DNA of 64,000 bases from Lingula anatina (taxonomy: Eukaryota > Animalia > Brachiopoda): the NCBI GenBank assembly GCA_051362555.1, contig CM120640.1:56336788-56400787 (forward strand). Direction: 5' to 3'. Below are positions 1-10,400 of the stretch, piece by piece. Position numbers and translations under genes: made by a program. Within the stretch, counting starts at the first letter, position 1; each line of letters begins with the position of its first letter. The notes below the pieces were generated by a model. That model searched no databases. It was not told the origin of the DNA and was given only the letters and a program-made list of their open reading frames with translations.

Positions 1-2148
1 TTAACCTTTGGGAGTTTACAAGGAAATATCAACAAGTGTGCTTTATGTAATCTCATTTAATGGCCTATTAATAAGGCAAATGACTTTATAACTTTATAAC
101 TTAGCCTAGTGATACCCAAGGGAAATTTACAGACCGACCCTCTCAAAGGTCTTCAGGCCCATAAGTCACACCTTAAGAAGCACAAAACAATAATGCACAA
201 AATAGGAGACTATCAATTCTGATGCAATAATACATTATGTTTAACTGCACAGTCAACATCAAATTTTAATTATGCACAACAGGTAACACCGACGAAAGTA
301 GAAGCATAAGGCTTCAGGCCCATCAGAGTTCAAGTTTATACAGTTTAGAAAGTGCCAGAATGAGAAAAATGAAAATTTCACAAAAAATGCATAAATTTAA
401 TAAAAATGATAATCTAATAGAGCTGGTTTTCTAATATGAGCTGTACATGTATGTCAATCCTAAGAATCATTCTTGTAAGACTAGTTGAAAAAATAGAAAG
501 AAACAGTTTTCTTTCCATAACGTTAATGGTGGCAGTGCACAAAGTAGGTTTTTTGTCCATTTTGATGCAACATTACATAATGATTAACTGTATAAATACC
601 ACCTATTTTAAAATGTCTACTATTAAAAACATGGACATTAAAAAAATGTGATTACCACTGGGCTTCATGCCCAAGGGAGCTCTAAGTCCCACATTGAAAA
701 TTTCAGTATGTGAAAGAAAAAAATTTTCACAAAAAAAAAAAAAAAAAAAAAACTCTATAACTTCCAGAAAATTAACTAATGAGACAGATTTTCCAACTGA
801 AGCTGTATTTCAGTCCTATTTTTCTTTCCCTTAAGTGTAAAAAGAGCAAGTGACATGGTTTTCCTTTCACAGTCACTACGGAGGCAGTGCCCAAAATAGG
901 ATTTTGTTCAATTTTGATGCAATATTACACAATGCCTAACAGCATAATAACCATCAGTTTTTTAATGATAAAATAAAACTATCATGGATATTCACAAAAT
1001 GTGTCTAGCCAATAGAGTTCAGACACACTTTGAAAATCCCAAAATCTAAACAAGAGAAACTGTATTGAAAAGAGTTAATTTCCATTTTCAATACCTTTTT
1101 TTACATAAAAAAAATAATCGATTTACTGTCATTTTTATGTGATCAATTAAAATATGTTGTCAAAGAAAATTTTCAATAGAACAAATCTTAATGTCCAACT
1201 TGCTCCATTCTGAGATTCTTAACTTAGTGAATGATTGAGTCTGACCAACTGCAATGATATGAGTTCCTTTCCATTTTTGATACTTTATTAAACAATGCAC
1301 AATAAAAGGTGTACTGTCATTTTTATATAATCAACTAACAATATTTTTAAGAAGCAGAGAATGTCAAACAAACACTTTTACATGTCTAATTTGTTCCATA
1401 ATGAGACTTTTAACATGCCTAAAAATTAAATCTGAAGAAAAACCACTTATATACAAAAAGGCTAATAACTTCATCAAAACTTAACTGATCAACCTTATTT
1501 TCAAACTTGATCTGTATATTAGTCAGACTGATCACTCCTGTGAGTTTCAAGACAAAAGGCTGATTGGTTTTCCTTAAAATGCGTTATCAGTGTTGCATAT
1601 ATGCAGAATGGAAAAAAAAAGCATAACTTTTAATTTGTAAAAATAGTCCAATCAAGCCAATTTTCAAACTTGACCTGTGTATTATGAATATTCATCAGTT
1701 CTGTAAGTTTCAAGCCAAAAGGTAAAATGGTTTTCCACTTATCGTGTTATCGGTGCTGCATATATGCTGAAAAAAGTGAAAAACAGCATAAATTCCCTAA
1801 AAATGACCCGATCATGCTGATTTTCGAACTTGACCTGCGCATTATGAATATTCATCAGTTCTGTAAGTTTCAAGCCAAAAGGTAAAATGGTTTTCCACTT
1901 ATCGTGTTATCGGTGCTGCATATATGCTGAAAAAAGTGAAAAAACAGCATAAATTCCCTAAAAGTGACCCGATCATGCTGATTTTCGAACTTGACCTGCG
2001 CATTATGAATATTCATCAGTTCTGTAAGTTTCAAGCCAAAAGGTAAAATGGTTTTCCACTTATCGTGTTATCGGTAAAAGTGCACGGCGACGGCGACGAC
2101 AGACGCAGATGACGGCTATATGTACAGACACATCTGTGTCTGTACATA
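1..2148 (+). mobile_element. Helentron/HINE-like non-autonomous element, family A (5' part cut by window edge), with internal ~160-bp tandem repeats
   Basis: Ends in a hairpin TATGTACAGACAC-ATCT-GTGTCTGTACATA (2119-2148), preceded by CGA/CGG microrepeats. About four ~160-bp units (AACTTGA at ~1503, 1666, 1826, 1987). Related copies at 22378-24180 (-), 44591-46490 (-) and 38216-38850 (+). Confidence 0.7.
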
Positions 2149-2154
2149 ATAAAA

Positions 2155-5100
2155 ACTAGAGGATCAGAGAGGCGATACCGCCTCCGAATATTGTACCACC
2201 AGCTGGAGCAAGCGCATTCGTATAGACCCCCACATACACAAAATAAGGGACACAGCCACCAGTCTTATGCTTGACAAGCTATAAAAATGCAATCAACAAG
2301 AATTTTCAAAATACGCAAAAAATATATATAACTTAAAATGGTACAATCAAAGTTAAGTTCATCGTAAGGTAGGTCAAAGGTCAATTTCAAGGTCGCAGTA
2401 AATTGCCAGTATATGACTTCCTATTCAAGTACAATAGTAACTACGGACCTATCTCAGCCAGTTTTGGAGATAAAAGGAAAGCAAAATTTGCAAAGTTCAG
2501 TTCATGGTGAAAAGTAGGTCAAAGGTCAATTTTAAGGTCACATATAGATTGCCAGTATATGACTTCCTATTCAAGTCCAATAGTAACTACGGACCTATCT
2601 CAGCCAGTTTTGGAGATAAAAGGAAACCAAAATTTGCAAAGTTCAGTTCATGGTGAAAAGTAGGTCAACGGTCAATTTCAAGGTCACAGTAAGATTGCCA
2701 GTATATGACTTCCTATTCAAGTCCAATAGAAACTACGGACCTATCTCTGCCAGTTTTGGAGATAAAAGGGAAGCAAAATTTGCAATGTTCAGTTCATGGT
2801 GAAAAGTAGGTCAAAGGTCAATTTTAAGGTCACATTTAGATTGCCAGTATATGACTTCCTATTCAAGTTCAATAGTAACTATGGACCTATCTCTGCCAGT
2901 TTTGGAGACAAAAGGGAAGCAAAATTTGCAAAGTTCAGTTCATGGTGAAAAGTAGGTCAAAGGTCAATTTTAAGGTCACATTTATATTGCCAGTATATGA
3001 CTTCCTATTCAAGTTCAATAGTAACTATGGACCTATCTCTGCCAGTTTTGGAGATAAAAGGAAAGCAAAATTTGCAAAGTTCAGTTCATGGTGAAAAGTA
3101 GGTCAAAGGTCAATTTTAAGGTCACATTTATATTGCCAGTATATGACTTCCTATTCAACTTCAATAGTAACTATAGACCTATCTCTGCAAGTTTTGGAGA
3201 TATAAGGGACTAAATGTTATAATTTTGGAGTTACCATAATGTGCCTTAAATTTCGTACAGAAAAAATTAATCAAAATAAAGAAAATGTCATTTTGGTCAA
3301 AATTCTTGAAATAGGAGGTGCTCTGAAGTTTCAAAAGTTCAAGTTTGATGAAATAATGTCATTTTTGAACACAAGTTGTCTGCTTTGCCAAGCCTAATGT
3401 TTTATTTTTCCAGAATTCAAAATTTATTATCCATTACCGTACTGCACATTTTGCTTTTACCACCAATATGTACTTTTTGATACAGCGTAACTCGAAAACC
3501 GTATGGAATACAAAAAAACCGAGACCACCTCCAGTATTGGGCTTTACATGCAAAGTTCAGTTCATGGTGAAAAGTAGGTCAAAGATCAATTTTAAGGTCA
3601 CATTTAGATTGCCAGTATATGACTTCCTATTCAAGTTCAATAGTAACTATGGACCTATCTCTGCCAGTTTTGGAGATAAAAGGGAAGCAAAATTTGCAAA
3701 GTTCAGTTCATGGTGAAAAGTAGGTCAAAGGTCAATTTTAAGGTCACATTTAGATTGCCAGTATATGACTTCCTATTCAAGTTCAATAGTAACTATGGAC
3801 CTATCTCTGCCAGTTTTGGAGATAAAACGGAAGCAAAATTTGCAAAGTTCAGTTCATGGTGAAAAGTAGGTCAAAGGTCAATTTTATGGTCACATTTAGA
3901 TTGCCAGTATATGACTTCCTATTCAAGTTCAATAGTAACTACGGACCTATCTCAGCCAGTTTTGGAGATAAAAGGAAAGCAAAATTTGCAAAGTTCAGTT
4001 CATGGTGAAAAGTAGGTCAAAGGTCAATTTTAAGGTCACATTTAGATTGCCAGTATATGACTTCCTATTCAAGTTCAATAGTAACTATGGACCTATCTCT
4101 GCCAGTTTTGGAGATAAAAGGGAAGAAAAATTTGCAAAGTTCAGTTCATGGTGAAAAGTAGGTCAAAGGTCAATTTTAAGGTCACATATAGATTGCCAGT
4201 ATATGACTTCCTATTCAAGTTCAATAGTAACTATGGACCTATCTCTGCCAGTTTTGGAGATAAAACGGAAGCAAAATTTGCAAAGTTCACTTCATGGTGA
4301 AAAGTAGGTCAAAGGTCAATTTTATGGTCACATTTAGATTGCCAGTATATGACTTCCTATTCAAGTTCAATAGTAACTACGGACCTATCTCAGCCAGTTT
4401 TGGAGATAAAAGGAAAGCAAAATTTGCAAAGTTCACTTCATGGTGAAAAGTAGGTCAAAGGTCAATTTTAAGGTCACATTTAGATTGCCAGTATATGACT
4501 TCCTATTCAAGTTCAATAGTAACTATGGACCTATCTCTGCCAGTTTTGGAGATAAAAGGGAAGAAAAATTTGCAAAGTTCAGTTCATGGTGAAAAGTAGG
4601 TCAAAGGTCAATTTTAAGGTCACATATAGATTGCCAGTATATGACTTCCTATTCAAGTCCAATAGTAACTACGGACCTATCTCAGCCAGTTTTGGAGATA
4701 AAAGGAAAGCAAAATTTGCAAAGTTCACTTCATGGTGAAAAGTAGGTCAAAGGTCAATTTTAAGGTCACATTTAGATTGCCAGTATATGACTTCCTATTC
4801 AAGTTCAATAGTAACTATGGACCTATCTCTGCCAGTTTTGGAGATAAAAGGGAAGAAAAATTTGCAAAGTTCAGTTCATGGTGAAAAGTAGGTCAAAGGT
4901 CAATTTTAAGGTCACATATAGATTGCCAGTATATGACTTCCTATTCAAGTTCAATAGTAACTATGGACCTATCTCTGACAGTTTTGGAGATAAAAGGGAA
5001 GAAAAATTTGCAAAGTTCAGTTCATGGTGAAAAGTAGGTCAAAGGTCAATTTTAAGGTCACATATAGATTGCCAGTATATGACTTCCTATTCAAGTTCAA

Positions 5101-7325
5101 TAGTAACTATGGACCTATCTCTGCCAGTTTTGGAGATAAAAGGGAAGAAAAATTTGCAAAGTTCAGTTCATGGTGAAAAGTAGGTCAAAGGTCAATTTTA
5201 AGGTCACATATAGATTGCCAGTATATGACTTCCTATTCAACTTCAATAGTAACTATAGACCTATCTCTGCCAGATTTGGAGATATAAGGGACTAAATGTT
5301 ATAATTTTGGAGTTACCATAATGTGCCTTAAATTTCGTACAGAAAAAATTAATCAAAATAAAGAAAATGTCATTTTGGTCAAAATTCTTGAAATAGGAGG
5401 TGCTCTGAAGTTTCAAAAGTTCAAGTTTGATGAAATAATGTCATTTTTGAACACAAGTTGTCTGCTTTGCCAAGCCTAATGTTTTATTTTTCCAGAGTTC
5501 AAAATTTATTATCCATTACCGTACTGTACATTTTGCTTTTACCACCAATATGTACTTTTTGATACAGCGTAACTCGAAAACCGTATGGAATACAAAAAAA
5601 ACGAGACCACCTCCAGTATTGGGCTTTACATGCAAAGTTCAGTTCATGGTGAAAAGTAGGTCAAAGGTCAATTTTAAGGTCACATTTAGATTGCCAGTAT
5701 ATGACTTCCTATTCAAGTTCAATAGTAACTATGGACCTATCTCTGCCAGTTTTGGAGATAAAACGGAAGCAAAATTTGCAAAGTTCAGTTCATGGTGAAA
5801 AGTAGGTCAAAGGTCAATTTTAAGGTCACATTTAGATTGCCAGTATATGACTTCCTATTCAAGTTCAATAGTAACTATGGACCTATCTCTGCCAGTTTTG
5901 GAGATAAAAGGGAAGCAAAATTTGCAAAGTTCAGTTCATGGTGAAAAGTAGGTCAAAGGTCAATTTTATGGTCACATTTAGATTGCCAGTATATGACTTC
6001 CTATTCAAGTTCAATAGTAACTACGGACCTATCTCAGCCAGTTTTGGAGATAAAAGGAAACCAAAATTTGCAAAGTTCAGTTCATGGTGAAAAGTAGGTC
6101 AAAGGTCAATTTTAAGGTCACATTTAGATTGCCAGTATATGACTTCCTATTCAAGTTCAATAGTAACTATGGACCTATCTCTGACAGTTTTGGAGATAAA
6201 AGGGAAGAAAAATTTGCAAAGTTCAGTTCATGGTGAAAAGTAGGTCAAAGGTCAATTTTAAGGTCACATATAGATTGCCAGTATATGACTTCCTATTCAA
6301 GTTCAATAGTAACTATGGACCTATCTCTGCCAGTTTTGGAGATATAAGGGACTAAATGTTATAATTTTGGAGTTACCATAATGTGCCTTAAATTTCATAC
6401 AGAAAAAATTAATTAAAATAAAGAAAATGTCATTTTGGTCAAAATTCTTGAAATAGGAGGTGCTCTGAAGTTTCAGAAGTTCAAATTTGATGAAATAATG
6501 TCATTTTTGAACACAAGTTGTCTGCTTTGCCAAGCCTAATGTTTTATTTTTCCAGAGTTCAAAATTTATTATCCATTACCGTACTGCACATTTTGCTTTT
6601 ACCACCAACATGTACTTTTTGATACAGCGTAACTCGAAAACCGTATGGAATACAAAAAAACCGAGACCACCCCCAGTGTTGGGCTTTACATGCTCTACAA
6701 AATGCAAAAAAGAATGGGTCTCTAGCATTAACGGTTCCCGAATTAGAGACAGTTTTCAGTTTCGGTATCTTATGGCCGCTACTCCCGTGAAAATGCACCG
6801 ATTGACCCAAAATTCATGGAGATGAAAGATGACCTGAAGGGTAACACTTTCCAATAATATTATTGGTTAAGTCTGTGTGGTGTCTGAATAACAGGGCAAA
6901 AAAATTTTTTTTCGTAAAAAATTTCATTTTTTTGAAAATTTTGGCCCGTTTGACCTTGAAGTAAAGGTCAAAGGTCAAATCCAAGGGTATATTTGAAATC
7001 TACACATATGACTTTTGGAAAGCCGTCTATAGAAATTTTTCCCATAACTCCTTCCGTAGGGTAGATAATTAGCATTTAATTTTGCCATTTTTAGACAAGG
7101 GTGCATTGCAATGAGTGCCACACCCAGACCCCAATACCGACAAAGCCCAAATTTTACGTGGAACGAGTTGAGATTATAGGTGACCTAAATCCATGAGATG
7201 GGTATGGGGGGCCTTACCGTCTAGGAGGAGAAGCGGTAACGGTAGCCGTCCGGCGGAGCCGGCGGAACGATCCGGACGAGACCGAAACCATGTGTACCGC
7301 CAGCGCTAACGCTGGTGGTACAATA
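2155..7325 (+). mobile_element. Helentron/HINE-like non-autonomous element, family B, carrying a satellite array
   Basis: Starts ACTAGAGG. 5' subterminal motif TGTACCACCAGC (2192-2203) is the reverse complement of GCTGGTGGTACA in the 3' terminal hairpin TGTACCGCCAGCG-CTAA-CGCTGGTGGTACA (7293-7322). No coding capacity. Confidence 0.7.
2350..6350 (+). repeat. 146-bp tandem satellite, 23 units in blocks of 6+12+5, each block followed by a ~330-bp spacer
   Basis: Anchor AGGTCA at 2371, 2516, 2662, 2808, 2954, 3100 | 3576...5182 | 5658...6242. Period is 146, and 476 across spacers. Spacer copies at ~3205-3550, ~5287-5632 and ~6347-6692. Confidence 0.95.
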
Positions 7326-7458
7326 ATTCAATACAATCTGTATCCCTTTTCATTAGAAGAATAAAACAATCATTATAGCATGTTCCACTCAATATTGTTA
7401 GGTGTAACAAATACAAAAAAAACATTAACTACTTAATATGAAATGATCATTGGCATAC

Positions 7459-10400
7459 CTGTGTGGTGGTTTCCAGACAGTTTTACCTCCAATAAATGCC
7501 CATACAAACACCCTGTCAGGTAGTGGAGCAGGCAGTTTCTTGAATAAGGCTGGCCAGTTGTCCAAGTCCAGAAATACTATTTGATGCATGGAAGACAGAT
7601 AATTTGGATCAGGGTCTTCATCGGCTAAGGGCACTCCCTTAGGACTTCCAGGATTTGAAACAATTGTGTTTATTGATGTCACTGGCTTCTGGGCACCTTG
7701 TCTTCCCTTGCTGTTGCTCTTTTTCACTAATGTTGCTGAGGAATGTGAAGTGGTTCTGCAACTACTATTGCTTACACCACTGGCACTACTATCAGTATCA
7801 GGCACAAAGAGAGATGTGCAAGGCCTAAAGAAGTCACTTTGCTGGACTTTACATTTTTGTACATTTTCCAGCTTTTTCTGCAAGAGTTCTTGAGAATTGG
7901 GTGAAAAATCTCTAACGGAGAACCCTTTTGGCAGACCTAATGTGTCAGTGAGTGATTGAGACTTTGATACACTAGGAGTTTTTGCTGTTAACTGTGCTAC
8001 CTCCTTGTCTTCATCATTTGGATTTGATTCAGAGCTTTGAATCACAGTGGAACAGGCTGTTGTGGCTCTACTTTCTGCTGTTGTGGCTCTTTTGCACTCT
8101 GATGAGCTGGCTTTCTTGGCTACAGTATGGAGAATCTTTGCAACTTTTTGGTCCTTTTCCTCATTATCCAACTTCCTCTTTGTTCTCTTTTCAGAAACCC
8201 TTGCAGATGTCTCATCTGAGTACACTGATAAAGCCACTGGGTTGGAAGCTGTTGAAGACTCATTATTATATCTCGTAGCACCAGGTGGGTAATTAAACCA
8301 AGTTCTTGTGGAGTTTATAAAGTGAATTCTGTCTTCCAAAGTCATTTTTTCTTCATTTTGCTTTCTTTTGAGAGTGAAATCCCTCACACCTTTGTGATAG
8401 ATTATTTGCTTGGTTAGAGAAATTCTTCTTACAAACTCGGTGAAAGATGAACAGTTGGCATCTATAACATTTCCTGGTTTCTCAGGATGGCACTCATGTG
8501 ATACACCATCCTCTGGATCAAATAACCGCTGGCAGAAACTGCAGGTAGACCCCTTCAAAAATGTGGAGAATAATTCTGCCTGTAAAAATGAAAGTTGTGT
8601 ACTTCAATAATCATCTTGTCATATATATAAGACATCTTTCTCACCAACTCTTTTTCACACACAAATGCACTAAAACTAGAGCACAATCCTTACAAAATAA
8701 TGTAAATAACACAAACAGTAGAGCTTCATTTACCAAGGTAGTCTCCGAAGATGCAATACATTTCCCAGTGGGGCATTCAGAAATACTCTTTCTAAACTCT
8801 TTGTCACTATTGACTTCTTTCCCACAGTCTACACAGTGAACTCTGGTGCGAACCTGAGCCACCTTATCCTGCATACACATGTATACATAAGCTGGGTAGG
8901 GAAAGGGGTCAGCAGATGGGGATATGTCATCTGAATATAGAGAAAATTTTGATAAATATAATATATTTATTCTATATAAACATATTTATCAATTTTACAC
9001 TAAAAAATACAAAAACAATATCAAGACACTTAGTCACAAGTAAGCAACAACTCAAATGCATCAAAACTTTAATATAATGGCAATATTCAATTTCCACAAC
9101 TGATATAATTTCGTTATATATACTAGCTTCCAAAGAGGCTTGATATATGTTTAATACTTTGATTTCTGTTTTTGGAACAATGTGAAAAAAAAGGTTCACC
9201 TACAGCTGTACAATTTTCCATAACATGTTACATTGAAAGAAACCAATAATTAAGGCACCCTTACCTTGAAAAGCATAGTAATGCTCCTGATGATTCATGG
9301 TTTCTATGTGGTCTTTGCATAGCTCAGAGCTTTGGAATATCTCAAAGCACTGAGGACAGCCATATCCCAGCACAAGAACTGGAGCAGTGTACAGTGTGTG
9401 GCCCACAGTCTTCATGTGCTCTAGACAATTTCTGCACCTCTGTATATTTACAAAATAGATCAATCAAAATAAAACAGTAAATTAAGCAAATGTATTCATG
9501 AAAGAACTTCAAAGACAATTTAAAAGCTGATAAATATCTTGCACAATAAAATATGGACTATACAGTAATGTGAAAAGCTGCAACCCCCATCAATGACTTT
9601 TAAATATTTTTTACCACTCTGCAAGACTTGATATCAAAGGCCTTTATGTAAAATTATAGACAAATGATTCTGTGGGAAAACAAATATATCACCTTAAATA
9701 AAACACCACATTCTGGGCACATATAATGTGAACGTTTAGGTGTGAAGTTCATGAAAGTCTTAAAAGCAACATGTTGAAACTGTTGCATATGATGTGAAAA
9801 CTCATTCTGAGGACTTGAATAATTGGCAAAGGTCATCTCACAGTCAATAACAGGGCATTCCAAACTTTCTGTGGGAGTAGGATTGTCAGTGGAGTCATCA
9901 AGGTTTATGCATTCTATGGCATTAGAAATAGAGGTTTGTGATACTGTTTCAGTTACAGGGTTTTTTCCATCTCTGGAAGCTGTTTCCTTATGTGCTTTTA
10001 ATGAAAGTTTTATTGCAAGTTTAAGAGCTTCATCTTCTCCATCAGAAACATCACCTTCTTCTATAAGCCTAAGGCGAGTCTGGTCATTGTCCCTTAAAAA
10101 TGTGGACATTGTTATGCTAGAGTTTTTTGGTGTTTGTCCCTGCTCTTCATTGTCTTCAAAAGTGATTGTACCAGGAGTTGAAGGCTCAAAGCTACTTGTG
10201 GTGGGTCTTACTTCATCATAAACTGGAGGTGGGATATGTCTTTGTTCTTCCACTTGCCTGCGAGTTATTTCTTTCATCTTCTTTGCCATTCCAGCTTAAA
10301 AATTATTGGTAATGAAATCAATAAAATTCTACAGACAAAATCACCTTCTACATCAATATCATACATGCTAATTTACGGTCACATAAAGAATCAAAAGCAT

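Noticed and set aside
2350-6350. CRISPR-like array
   Set aside because: Units are repeated along their entire 146 bp with no unique spacers. The context is eukaryotic and no cas genes are present.
3468-6825. Three near-identical ORFs starting MYFLIQRNSKTVWNTKK
   Set aside because: They straddle the repeated spacer-satellite junction of a non-coding repeat and show no recognisable domain.
8641-8733. Extension of the ZNF451-like exon to the GTGAGA donor at 8644 (FCKDC...H..C)
   Set aside because: That donor is phase 2 and incompatible with the phase-0 acceptor at 8580. The donor at 8733 restores the frame.
7666-10221. Plus-strand ORFs overlapping the ZNF451-like exons
   Set aside because: Antisense shadows of the real coding exons.
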